In this document: positions 10,222 to 18,919 of the stretch, piece after piece
Numbering within the stretch: position 1 is the first letter of the stretch
How the letters are laid out: the number at the start of each line of letters is the position of its first letter
Source of the DNA: an uncultured virus (IMG/VR IMGVR_UViG_2049941000_000201)
Taxonomy: Duplodnaviria; Heunggongvirae; Uroviricota; Caudoviricetes
Direction: 5' to 3' (one strand)
Length of the DNA stretch: 61,295 nt
IMG/VR virus record: IMGVR_UViG_2049941000_000201
The notes under the pieces: model-generated
Told to the model about the DNA's origin: nothing
Databases searched by the model: none
The model's input: only the letters and a program-made list of their open reading frames with translations
Position numbers and translations under genes: made by a program

Positions 10222-10809
10222 ATGGCAACGAAAAGAATCAAAGACCTCACATCTACTGCAACGGCGGAAGACCTCCTATCCGGCCGATATGGAGTATTGG
10301 ACACCCCGAACATAACTAAAAGGTTGCCTGGGAATTTATTGGGCGGCGGTGGCGGCGGCGGTGGAGATACAGGTATCGTAGTATTTGAGGTATCTTATTC
10401 CGAAAGTATTGCCGATTATGTTTACCCTACATATGAAGAAGTGGCTTCTGCTGTGTCGGCAGGTAAGATGCCTGTAATACTATTGTACGTGCATAATAGT
10501 CCGATTCGGCGTTGTTTTGTGTTTAGGTGGTTATCCGGGGGCTACGCCCATTTTGACAATGACAGTCAGTGTGTTGAAATATCTAATGCAAATGTCGTGA
10601 AAACTGGATATATCAACGATAAGAACTTGGCAGCAGATTATGACCCGACTGCTACTTATAATGTAGGCGATTATTGTATGTATCATAATGAGTTGTTTGT
10701 ATGTACTACGGATATATCGGTTGCCGAAGAATGGGATGGTTCTCATTGGCAGCGTACACGTATGTCCGATATAGTTGGCAATGTGGAAACCCTCTTGGCT
10801 GCGTTGTAA
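10222..10809 (+). CDS. Tail fibre/adaptor with C-terminal carbohydrate-binding-like module
   Basis: KRIKDL N-terminus, poly-Gly linker, YDPTATYNVGDYCMYHNELFVC..WDGSHW (CBM5/12-like). Confidence 0.6.
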   Translation: MATKRIKDLTSTATAEDLLSGRYGVLDTPNITKRLPGNLLGGGGGGGGDTGIVVFEVSYSESIADYVYPTYEEVASAVSAGKMPVILLYVHNSPIRRCFVFRWLSGGYAHFDNDSQCVEISNANVVKTGYINDKNLAADYDPTATYNVGDYCMYHNELFVCTTDISVAEEWDGSHWQRTRMSDIVGNVETLLAAL

Positions 10810-10821
10810 GGAGGTGATAAG

Positions 10822-11742
10822 ATGAGTATCGCAAGCGAAATTACAAGGTTGCAGGGCGTGAAGTCCGACATATTGCAGGCCATAAGCGATAAGGGCGTTG
10901 TGGTTCCTGCGGGTAGTGCGTTGGACGATTGTCCAGTCCTTATTGCTAGTATTAGTGGCGGTGGCGGTGGTGGCGGCAATGGTGTATATTTACAGGCGAT
11001 TCTTCCGGTTTCCGGCGGAAGAGTGCTTGTCGTGGACGAAAATGGGTATATCGGTCGTAAAAGTCTCCCGACATATTATCCTTCAGCTTATACCAGTTAT
11101 GCCTTTGTAGTAAGCGGTGCAGATTTTTCGAGTTCAGGTCTTGGCCAAGTAACTTTGGTTACTCCGGGAACGGCTGATATTGGAGGTCGTTCTTACCGAA
11201 CTGTGTCTATTAACGGTGTCATTTGGATGGCTGAAAATCTTGATTTTAAGGCTTCTGGTATTGACATTGGGCCGTCTGGATCTCCTGGAACTCCCGCTGC
11301 ATGGTACTACAATAACAGTGAAAGTACCTATGGCGAAAATGGCAATAAGTACGGGTTGCTCTATAATTGGCATGCAGTAAAGCATCTTAACGACAACCGT
11401 GAACTGTTGATGAACGGCTGGCATGTCCCTACAACAGCAGAGTGGGATGCTTTAGCCAATGCCGTTGGAGGTACTGGAGTAGCAGGTTCGAAGCTTAAAT
11501 CATCTACAGGATGGTCATCTGGTAACGGAACCGACGACTTCGGCTTTGCGGCCTTTCCTGCTGGCCGCCGGCGCTCGGGCTCCTTCAACGATTTAGGCAG
11601 CTACGCGTACTTCTGGACGGCCACAGAGTACTCGTCCACCAGCGCCTACAGCCGTTACTTTGATACGGGCGCATCGATGCTCTCGTACAACTACGATAAG
11701 GCTAGCTACGCCTTTTCTGTTCGTCTCGTCAAGGATTCCTAA
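10822..11742 (+). CDS. Receptor-binding tail-tip protein with Fib_succ_major (FISUMP, C-type-lectin fold) domain; DGR target
   Basis: YRTVSING.IWMAENL, YGLLYNW, GWHVPTTAEW, FAAFPAG, AYFWT and FSVRLVKD motifs; MSIASEITRL fibre N-terminus. Confidence 0.9.
   Translation: MSIASEITRLQGVKSDILQAISDKGVVVPAGSALDDCPVLIASISGGGGGGGNGVYLQAILPVSGGRVLVVDENGYIGRKSLPTYYPSAYTSYAFVVSGADFSSSGLGQVTLVTPGTADIGGRSYRTVSINGVIWMAENLDFKASGIDIGPSGSPGTPAAWYYNNSESTYGENGNKYGLLYNWHAVKHLNDNRELLMNGWHVPTTAEWDALANAVGGTGVAGSKLKSSTGWSSGNGTDDFGFAAFPAGRRRSGSFNDLGSYAYFWTATEYSSTSAYSRYFDTGASMLSYNYDKASYAFSVRLVKDS
11560..11742 (+). repeat. Putative DGR variable region (VR) plus IMH
   Basis: Putative variable codons are almost all NNC/NAT (cgc, tac, agc, gat, ctc), as expected from AAC/AAT templates. 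GC rises relative to the rest of the gene. Confidence 0.7.
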
Positions 11743-11748
11743 GTGAGC

Positions 11749-11868
11749 CTAGGCCCTTTGGGGCCTAGAGCGAACGGGACCGGAGCGCCGCAAGGCGCAC
11801 GGTCCTGAATTTAATTAAATTTGCCCCCCGGCTAAGCATCCAGAAGCAAGGCTGCGAAGCAGCCTTGC
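11749..11868 (+). promoter_or_regulatory. DGR-type hairpins downstream of VR
   Basis: CTAGGCCC-tttg-GGGCCTAG (11749-68), GCGCC-gcaa-GGCGC (11785-98) and GCAAGGCTGC-gaa-GCAGCCTTGC (11846-68). Confidence 0.65.
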
Positions 11869-11878
11869 GAATTTTTTT

Positions 11879-12007
11879 ATGAATACAGAAGACATCATAA
11901 AGTTTGAAAATAACGCCGGAAACGAACTCCATCTGTTTCGTGACAGACTGTTCTGGCAGGCTTGGGAACGTTCTGCGTTCCTTTTTTCAAAAATCTTTAG
12001 AAAATAC
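11879..12007 (+). pseudogene. Truncated MutS-I-like (MSL) DGR accessory gene, N-terminal ~43 codons
   Basis: IIKFE...LHLFRDRLFWQAWERSAFLF resembles the MutS domain-I N-terminal pattern; the frame loses resemblance after FRKY. Confidence 0.6.
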
Positions 12008-12237
12008 AATTACAGCCCGCAGCCTTCGGTTTTGACTTCCTTGGTGTCCATATATTGCCCTATAGGGTATATCCTGGCACCAGGGTGCTTAAAAACTGCA
12101 AAAAGGCCGTTGTCAATCCAGACAACGACCAGGCTAAACAGGAGTCAAGAATCAATAGTTACGAAGGCATGTTTAAGCACTTGAATGGGACCAGTAAAAT
12201 TCGTAAATTTATAGCCGATTCAAGGAAACCTCAATAA
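12001..12237 (+). pseudogene. Reverse transcriptase C-terminal remnant (DGR RT domain 7 and thumb)
   Basis: KIQLQPAAFGFDFLGVHILPYRVYPG...RINSYEGMFKH. An in-frame TAG immediately precedes it, and there is no YxDD. Confidence 0.8.
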
Positions 12238-12417
12238 CCGTTCAATCGGTTTTGTAATACAATTAAATTTTGTCTCACGAAAAGCGGTTAGCGTTCTCAC
12301 GACAACCGCGCCGTTATAACGGGACCACCTGCTGAAAAAAAATATATATTTGGATTGTTCTCATTTGTATGTTTTTATTTATTGTGTTGTTACACCCTAA
12401 CAAAAAGGAACTCCCCT

Positions 12418-13107
12418 ATGCCTTACAACAGACAAATACCCGATGCACCCATAGCGCTTTCCATGCTGCCGAGAGATGAAAGCCCTGTGGCGTCCGACTT
12501 GATTTATATAGCAAAGCCGAACGCCCCTATCAGGCAAAGAAGCAAGGCGGTTGAACTTTCTGCGCTTTTTGGAAGTGACCCCGCGAAATATGCCCCTAGG
12601 ATAATTTGTTCTAATATCCTGGAATATTCCGGCGCGTTGGCGGCGACATCTACTGCATCACCACTTACGGAAGTTGCGCACGTCGATATTGACCCGCGTC
12701 TCGATGTTCAGTTCCATGTTTGGGGAACTTCGGACCCGGCTTCGGATGGTTCGGAATACAATACTTACTCGTATGGCTTGCGGGGCCGCGTGCGTATGAT
12801 GTATCTGCCGGACGACCAGGACCGCGACCTTATGGCGATAGCTCCTTCTGGCTTTCGAAATTCGGACGGCTCAGGACCTGCACCGACTTATAACGCGTTC
12901 TTTGGGTGCTTGCCGTTCGATTATTCCCCGTCTCCGAACGATCTGCTCCATTATCCTACAAAGCGTGTGACTTTGTTTTTGTCCAGCGGAGCTACTGAAA
13001 GTCCGTATCATGGAACCGAACCCTCATCTTTTGCGCTAAATATACAGGCGACGATTTTCCCGCGACAGATTGACACCACAATTTTAAAAGCCACCGCCAC
13101 CCCGTAA
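12418..13107 (+). CDS. Putative second tail fibre/virion protein
   Basis: N-terminal LSMLP..PVASDLIYIAK..RSKAVELSALF resembles fibre-attachment motifs; position in the tail module. Confidence 0.4.
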   Translation: MPYNRQIPDAPIALSMLPRDESPVASDLIYIAKPNAPIRQRSKAVELSALFGSDPAKYAPRIICSNILEYSGALAATSTASPLTEVAHVDIDPRLDVQFHVWGTSDPASDGSEYNTYSYGLRGRVRMMYLPDDQDRDLMAIAPSGFRNSDGSGPAPTYNAFFGCLPFDYSPSPNDLLHYPTKRVTLFLSSGATESPYHGTEPSSFALNIQATIFPRQIDTTILKATATP

Positions 13108-13116
13108 GGTTTAAAG

Positions 13117-13710
13117 ATGGATATAACAGGCATCGACATAGCCGCAGTCGCGGGCTTGGTAGGAACGACGGGTACCGCCATCGTTTCCATCGTCAAGGCG
13201 GTCCAGGCGTCCCGAAAAGCTGGTGACGCGGACCGGCGTGCTCTCGACATCGAGCTCGCCCGCGAAAAGACCAAACGCGAACGCGACCAGGAATTGCAGT
13301 CGCTCAAGACCGAGGTCGCCGTTCTCAAGGCTTTACAGGATGAAACGAACAAGCGGCTGGCCGAAAGTACGGACCAGTTCAAGGCGCTCGACGACAAGGT
13401 NNNNNNNNNNGTGCGCAAGGCGGAAGCCGCAGACGCCCGCGCCATAGCCATAGAACTGCAACGGGAGCAGGCAAAGAAGGACCGCGACCGGGAAATTGAA
13501 AACCTAAAGTCCGAAGTAAAGGTGCTCCAGCACGAAAACAAGGAAGTGCGGGAGCGCTTGAGCGAAGGGAACGGACACTTTGTGCGCCTAGAAGGCGAGG
13601 TCAAGGAAACGAACGGCCTGCTCCGTGAAATTATCGGGGCGCTGCGGAACAAGGGGCTTGTGATTTCCGAAACGCACAAGGTTGCACGCGACGCGGGGCT
13701 GGAACTATGA
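13117..13710 (+). CDS. Holin-like membrane coiled-coil protein; two allele fragments across an N gap
   Basis: N-terminal transmembrane helix. The segment RKA..AD.RA..IEL.RE..K..RD.E...LK.EV.VL occurs twice around the gap. Upstream of the endolysin. Confidence 0.5.
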   Translation: MDITGIDIAAVAGLVGTTGTAIVSIVKAVQASRKAGDADRRALDIELAREKTKRERDQELQSLKTEVAVLKALQDETNKRLAESTDQFKALDDKXXXXVRKAEAADARAIAIELQREQAKKDRDREIENLKSEVKVLQHENKEVRERLSEGNGHFVRLEGEVKETNGLLREIIGALRNKGLVISETHKVARDAGLEL

Positions 13711-14210
13711 GAACGAAATGCAGCGTTAAGCGCGTGACAGTTTCCCCGTTTTTCACAACCGAAAGCCGCCCGTTCAAGTTTTTGGGATACGCCCGGATTT
13801 TGGTTTGGGTGGAACGCACCTACAAGGACGGCAGGGTTGAAAAGGCGCTGCTGGAAGTGGAATTGCTGCCGGGCTACAAAACCGACGGCGCTTCCACCTT
13901 TTGGCCGATTTCCAAACTGGTGCCGCAGTGGCGGGACGGGGACGACGAATACAACGCCGGACCGGTTGCGCACGATGTGCTCTACCTGCTTGAAGGCATT
14001 GTTGAAGGCGAATTTGAGCCCGTTAAACTTTCCCGCGAAGAAGTGGACGACATACTGCGCGGGATTTGGCGGTGCTGGGGAATGGGCAGGTTCCTGGCTG
14101 GCTGCGCGGACAAGGGCGTTGAAATTTTTGCAGGCGGAAGGCGGCACTGGGGCTCGGATGGCTACGGGGTGCGCCAGTTCGCCCGCGCAAAGTGGACGGT
14201 CATGGAATGA
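13707..14210 (+). CDS. DUF1353 family protein
   Basis: PGYKTDGAS, AHDVLY and SREEVDDIL motifs. Confidence 0.8.
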   Translation: MRTKCSVKRVTVSPFFTTESRPFKFLGYARILVWVERTYKDGRVEKALLEVELLPGYKTDGASTFWPISKLVPQWRDGDDEYNAGPVAHDVLYLLEGIVEGEFEPVKLSREEVDDILRGIWRCWGMGRFLAGCADKGVEIFAGGRRHWGSDGYGVRQFARAKWTVME

Positions 14211-14620
14211 ACATTGTTGACTATGCCTTGAAGTTTGTTGGGCGCCCCTACGTTTGGGGCGGCGACGGAAGCGGAAGGTGCGGGGGCGGCTTTGACTGCT
14301 CCGGCCTTGTGGTGGAATGCTTGCAGGCCTTCGGGCTGGTGCAGGGCGATTTCACCGCGCAATCGCTTTATAGGCGGCTTTCCGCGCTGGGGTGGGTAAG
14401 TGTACCCCGTGGCCTGGAAACGGGCGCAGACGTTGTCTTTTGGGGCAAATCCGCCGCGTCCATAACGCACGTATCGCTTGCGGTCGGAAACGGCCTGCAC
14501 GTTGAAGCGGGCGGGGGCGGCAGCAAGTGCAAGACGGCGGAAGTTTCCACGGGCATGGTGCGGGTGCGCCCGCTTGCCGCGAGAGGTGATTGGGTTGCCG
14601 CGCTGCGCAGGCCTTTGTAG
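14207..14620 (+). CDS. NlpC/P60 endolysin
   Basis: GRPYVWGG, FDCSGLV and ITHVSL catalytic motifs. Confidence 0.9.
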   Translation: MNIVDYALKFVGRPYVWGGDGSGRCGGGFDCSGLVVECLQAFGLVQGDFTAQSLYRRLSALGWVSVPRGLETGADVVFWGKSAASITHVSLAVGNGLHVEAGGGGSKCKTAEVSTGMVRVRPLAARGDWVAALRRPL

Positions 14621-14643
14621 AATTTTGTTGACTGGGGAGGCAA

Positions 14644-14680
14644 CAAAAGGAGCGTCCGGGTTTTCCCGAACGCCTTTTTG
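14644..14680. terminator. Bidirectional intrinsic terminator
   Basis: AAAAGG-AGCGTCCGGG-tttt-CCCGAACGCC-TTTTTG between convergent gene blocks. Confidence 0.7.
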
Positions 14681-14701
14681 TGTGGGGGTTGAAAATCAAA
14701 T

Positions 14702-16960
14702 TTAGAAAAGTTCGTCGCCGCTTGCTTCCAGCGTCCGTTCCGCGCTTTCCAGGTTCTTCACCGCCTGCCGGAAATAACTTTCCTTCAATTCGCAGCCAAC
14801 GAACTGGCGCCCCATGGGCACGGCGCAGTATCCTTCGCTTCCAATTCCCATGAACGGGCTGAAAACAAGGTCGCCTGGCTTGCTCCAAAGTTGCAGGGCG
14901 CGTTCAATTACGTCAAGTTGCAGCGGGCAAATGTGCTTTTCGTCCTTTTCCTCGCGTGCGCTTTCCTTTTGCAGCGTGCGCGAAGCCCTAATGTCCATCC
15001 ACACCGGGCTGGCGTAGCGCTGCCAAATTTCAATGGAATTTCGCGTCTTGTCTGCACCAAGTTCGGGCGGGTTTTCACCAACGAAACGGGTAAGTTCGCC
15101 TTCAATGCGGTCGGCGTTTTCGCCCGGCTTGCGCATGGTCACAAGGTAGTCGGGTATTCCGTTTCGGGAAATGGAACTGTCCTTTACAAGTTGCTTGTGC
15201 AGCAGGCCGATGGCCTTCGTGCGCTGCATGGCGGTCACCGGGTCCTTCCAAATGGTGACCTCGCTATGGTAAATCCACCCGCATTCCGTGAAGAGCCGGA
15301 TAAGTTCGCCACGGAAATCGCTAATGCCAATGAAGCCGTCCCGCGCCTTTGTGGTGGGCAGGTTCATGCAGTGGAACGAAACAAGCCTGCCCGGCTTTGT
15401 TATGCGGAAAAGTTCCCTTACAATGAAGCGGAAGTGTTCAATGAACTGGTCCGTGGTGTCGCAGTTGCCAAGGTCGCGCACGGAGTTGGAATAGGTGTAA
15501 AGGCTTGCAAACGGCGGGCTGAAAATGCTGAAGCCCACGGAATTGTCCTGCATTTCCTTGATAAGTTCGCAGGTGTCCCCCAGGTACGCGGTGTAGTTCT
15601 TGCCCCTTGCGCATTCTTGCATATACGTGTCCTCCATTTTGGCGGTTTTGTTTAGGTTCGTGTTTATGGTGCAGTTCGCAATCATGCAGTCCAGCATCTT
15701 CTTGAAGTTTTCGCCCTTGCGCACAATGTTCTCAAAAACAAAGCGCTCCTCGTTAGCCATTACAACCTGCACCGCCACCGGGCAGCGCTGCCCGAAGCGC
15801 CAGCACCTGCGGACGGCCTGGTAGTACATTTCGTAGGAATGGGAAACGCTGGAAAAGATTACGTTGTGGCAATTCTGCCAGTTCATGCCGAACCCGGCAA
15901 TGGAAACCTTCGTGATAAGCACGCGGTACTTGCCGGAGGCGAAGCCAAGCAGGCGGTCAATTTTTGCGTCTTCCTGGGTTGACCCCGCAACCTGCACGGC
16001 GCCGGGAATAAGGCGCTCCAGCATGTCGCCTTCCTCGTTGCGTTCGCACCACACAAGGAACTGCTCCCGGCTTGCGTTCACAATTTCCGCAACCCTTGCG
16101 GCGCGGGCTTCCAGGCTTGCCTTCTTGATTTGCGAAAGTTCCGAAAGCGAGCAGTTGGTCACGAACAAGTCGTCGCTTTCCAGTTTTATTCCGGCGTCCA
16201 CGTAAACCGGGTCCACCCGCAGTTCGGGCAGGTTGTACCCTTCCGCGCTATACCCAATTTCGGCGGGGTTCTTGAACATGACCGCCCAACTTGCAATCCA
16301 CTTCCAAAATTCGTCCTCGGCGTGCCCCTTTATTGTCCACTTGCTTGTTTCCCCGCCATCGTGGAAAAAGAACTTTGAAAGCATACATTCGCGGGTCATT
16401 ACCCCAAGGAACTCGGCATGGTTGCCCAGTTCCATGTAGTCGTTCGGGCTGGGCGTTGCGGTGCAGGCCAACTTGAACGGGGTTTTTGCGAACGTTTCAA
16501 TTATTAGGGTGCGCATCTTGCCGTCAAACGATTTCAAAATGCTGCTTTCGTCCAGCACCACCCCGGCAAATTCTTCCGGGTTGAACTTTGCGATTTGCTC
16601 GTAGTTGGTGATGGTGATTTTGCCCTTCTTTTTTCCGTCGCGGGAAAGCAGCACGTCAATTCCGTACTTTTTGCCCTCGGCTATTGTCTGCTCGGCAACC
16701 GCAAGCGGGGAAACGACCAAGACGTCCCCCCCACTGGGGTTGTTTGCAACCTGCCAAGCCCACTGCAACTGCATCATCGTCTTGCCAAGGCCGCAATCGG
16801 CAAAAATGGCGGCTTTCCCCAGGCGCAGCGCCCAGCGGACGACATCGTGCTGGAACTTGAACATTTGCGTCCCGTTCTGCGGAACAAGCGCCTCGTCAAT
16901 TTCAAAGCCCACGGGCTTAAATTCAATGCTTTTGGATTTCAAAAATTCGGTATATTCCAT
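14702..16960 (-). CDS. SF2 helicase - N4/N6 DNA methyltransferase fusion
   Basis: DCGLGKT, DESS, TATP and QAVRRCWRFGQ helicase motifs; SPPF and FSPFMGIGS methyltransferase motifs. Confidence 0.9.
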   Translation of the reverse strand: MEYTEFLKSKSIEFKPVGFEIDEALVPQNGTQMFKFQHDVVRWALRLGKAAIFADCGLGKTMMQLQWAWQVANNPSGGDVLVVSPLAVAEQTIAEGKKYGIDVLLSRDGKKKGKITITNYEQIAKFNPEEFAGVVLDESSILKSFDGKMRTLIIETFAKTPFKLACTATPSPNDYMELGNHAEFLGVMTRECMLSKFFFHDGGETSKWTIKGHAEDEFWKWIASWAVMFKNPAEIGYSAEGYNLPELRVDPVYVDAGIKLESDDLFVTNCSLSELSQIKKASLEARAARVAEIVNASREQFLVWCERNEEGDMLERLIPGAVQVAGSTQEDAKIDRLLGFASGKYRVLITKVSIAGFGMNWQNCHNVIFSSVSHSYEMYYQAVRRCWRFGQRCPVAVQVVMANEERFVFENIVRKGENFKKMLDCMIANCTINTNLNKTAKMEDTYMQECARGKNYTAYLGDTCELIKEMQDNSVGFSIFSPPFASLYTYSNSVRDLGNCDTTDQFIEHFRFIVRELFRITKPGRLVSFHCMNLPTTKARDGFIGISDFRGELIRLFTECGWIYHSEVTIWKDPVTAMQRTKAIGLLHKQLVKDSSISRNGIPDYLVTMRKPGENADRIEGELTRFVGENPPELGADKTRNSIEIWQRYASPVWMDIRASRTLQKESAREEKDEKHICPLQLDVIERALQLWSKPGDLVFSPFMGIGSEGYCAVPMGRQFVGCELKESYFRQAVKNLESAERTLEASGDELF

Positions 16961-16969
16961 TTTAGTCTC

Positions 16970-17236
16970 CTATTTTTCCAGTTCGGCGGCAACCGCACGC
17001 AGCCTTTCAAGGAACGCCTTTGTGCAGGCCTTGGGTGCGCGTTTCACGCCCTGCAAGACCCCAATGCGGGTCAAAAGTTCCCTGGCAACCCTTGCCGTGG
17101 ATGCCGCGTAAAACTTGCGCAACTTGTAGCGTCGGTCGCAGTTCTGCTGGGCGGTTCGCCCTTCTACGGAGCCGCCGTTGAACACAAGCGTGTCCTGCGC
17201 CGGGGTCCAGCCCATAGCCTTTCCGCGTTTAACCAT
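16970..17236 (-). CDS. Hypothetical protein
   Basis: GGAGG RBS; fills the gap between co-oriented genes. Confidence 0.6.
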   Translation of the reverse strand: MVKRGKAMGWTPAQDTLVFNGGSVEGRTAQQNCDRRYKLRKFYAASTARVARELLTRIGVLQGVKRAPKACTKAFLERLRAVAAELEK

Positions 17237-17249
17237 GCTTTACCTCCGT

Positions 17250-18257
17250 TTAGGAAAACGTTTCAATGGTGGCAAGGGTTAGGACATGCCACCCGTAATC
17301 TATATTGTTCGTGTCAAAGTGCTTGTCAAAGTTTTGCAGCACGCTCGCGGCCTGGCTAATGCGCGGGTCGCCAAGGTTTGCGCCGCCCTTGCCCAGCAAA
17401 ATTCCGTTCGCCCAGGCCATTGCCATTTTGCCCAGGGTCATGCTGTCTTCCTTGCCCTCGGTTTTCATTTTCTTAATAAGCGTCAGCGCGTTCACAAGGC
17501 TGGGCTCCTGCCCCTTCCCGAAGCCGCCCATAAGTGCAAGGCAGAAATTTTTTGCATCCTCGCTTTCCGCTTCAATGCAAACCTTGTTCGTGAGAACCTT
17601 AATTTGCTCTTCTTCGGTTGCAATGCCGCTCACGCTTTCCAGCGCAACCAGCAGTGCACGCGGGGAACCTTCGCCAACTTCCACAATTTTGTTAAACACG
17701 GCGTCGGAAATTTCAATGCCTTCCTTTGTTGCCACTTCGTCCACCAGTTGCATGGCTTCCTTTTTGGCAAGCGGTTCCACCTTCCACTGGGTGAGCCTGG
17801 TGGTCAACGCGCTAACCTTTTCCCCCTTGTCGCCCTTGAAGAACTTGTCCGGGTTTGTGGTGCAGAAAAAGATGTAGTTAAAGTCCGCGCCATCTTCGCA
17901 GGGTTTCAAAAGCAGGCTTTTGGCTGCGGGCGTTAGTTGCTGGCATTCGTCAATGATAAAAATGTTGTAGTTCCCAATGAGCGGGAGGCTTTTCATTGCC
18001 TCCTCCACGCCGCGCATTGCATCCACGCCGTTCAAACTGGAAGCGTTGATTTCGTCAATGTTTGCGTCCGTTGCGCCCAGGAACTCCTTGCTTACGGCAC
18101 GCGCCAGGGTGGTTTTTCCGCAGCCGCTGGCGCCATAGAGCAGGATGGCGTGGTTGTGATTTTTCTTTGCAAAGTGCGCTTTAATTTGGCTGATGAGCGC
18201 GGTGTTGCCTTTCATTTCCGCAAGCGTTTGCGGGCGGTGTTTTTTGTAAAGCGACAT
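17250..18257 (-). CDS. dnaX: Clamp loader, DNA Pol III gamma/tau-like AAA+ ATPase
   Basis: SLYKKHRPQTL, GASGCGKTT, IIDECQQL and GSPR motifs. Confidence 0.9.
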   Translation of the reverse strand: MSLYKKHRPQTLAEMKGNTALISQIKAHFAKKNHNHAILLYGASGCGKTTLARAVSKEFLGATDANIDEINASSLNGVDAMRGVEEAMKSLPLIGNYNIFIIDECQQLTPAAKSLLLKPCEDGADFNYIFFCTTNPDKFFKGDKGEKVSALTTRLTQWKVEPLAKKEAMQLVDEVATKEGIEISDAVFNKIVEVGEGSPRALLVALESVSGIATEEEQIKVLTNKVCIEAESEDAKNFCLALMGGFGKGQEPSLVNALTLIKKMKTEGKEDSMTLGKMAMAWANGILLGKGGANLGDPRISQAASVLQNFDKHFDTNNIDYGWHVLTLATIETFS

Positions 18258-18277
18258 GTTTGTTTTTCCTTTTTGGT

Positions 18278-18511
18278 TTAAATAATTTCGCAGTTAAGGT
18301 TTATTTTTCTAATTGCGTTTGTTGAAATTTCCGGGCACCCGTTTTTAAAAAACCAGTAGCGGCAAAAGTCACAAACTTCCTTCTGCATGGCCTTGTAGTT
18401 TTCTTCCGTCGCCTGCTGGCTTTCCCATCTTTTTAAAATGGTGTAAACCCCGGCTTCGAGCGTTTCTTGTTCAGCGGCGTCCGCTGCAATAAAAATTCTT
18501 TCTTGTTCCAT
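18278..18511 (-). CDS. Hypothetical protein, possibly leaderless
   Basis: TGCTATAAT lies 5 nt upstream of the ATG. Confidence 0.55.
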   Translation of the reverse strand: MEQERIFIAADAAEQETLEAGVYTILKRWESQQATEENYKAMQKEVCDFCRYWFFKNGCPEISTNAIRKINLNCEII

Positions 18512-18529
18512 GCCTTATTATAGCAAATG

Positions 18530-18901
18530 TTAGCAAGTCGCATTCTTTGCAGCCTTGCGGGCGGAGCGGCGTGTACGCCTTATTTTGTGGTCCCATGTTT
18601 CTTCTATTACCATGTGCTTATTCGCACGGGCAACCGCTGCAATATAATCAACCCCAAGGCGCGTCCAGCAAACCTCCCGCACCCTTTCCGAATATTCAAA
18701 AATGCCCTTTTTGCGCAAGCCCTCAATGATGCCGCCTTGTGCGCCGCCCCGGTAAATTGAACCGGGGTTTACGCGGAGTTTGCGGTGGTGCCATCCGATG
18801 AGATTTGGTGTCGCTATTTGGTACGCCGCCCACGCAAGCACACGAATTTCTTCAAGCGTGCATTCTACTCCGTAAAATTTCAGCCGTGGTGATTTTGCCA
18901 T
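18530..18901 (-). CDS. Hypothetical basic protein
   Basis: TAAGGAG RBS; 123 aa. Confidence 0.6.
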   Translation of the reverse strand: MAKSPRLKFYGVECTLEEIRVLAWAAYQIATPNLIGWHHRKLRVNPGSIYRGGAQGGIIEGLRKKGIFEYSERVREVCWTRLGVDYIAAVARANKHMVIEETWDHKIRRTRRSARKAAKNATC

Positions 18902-18919
18902 TTTGAAACTCCTTATAAA

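Noticed and set aside
12238..12417. Possible DGR template repeat after the RT remnant
   Set aside because: No similarity to the VR; only a small hairpin and an AT-rich promoter-like stretch.
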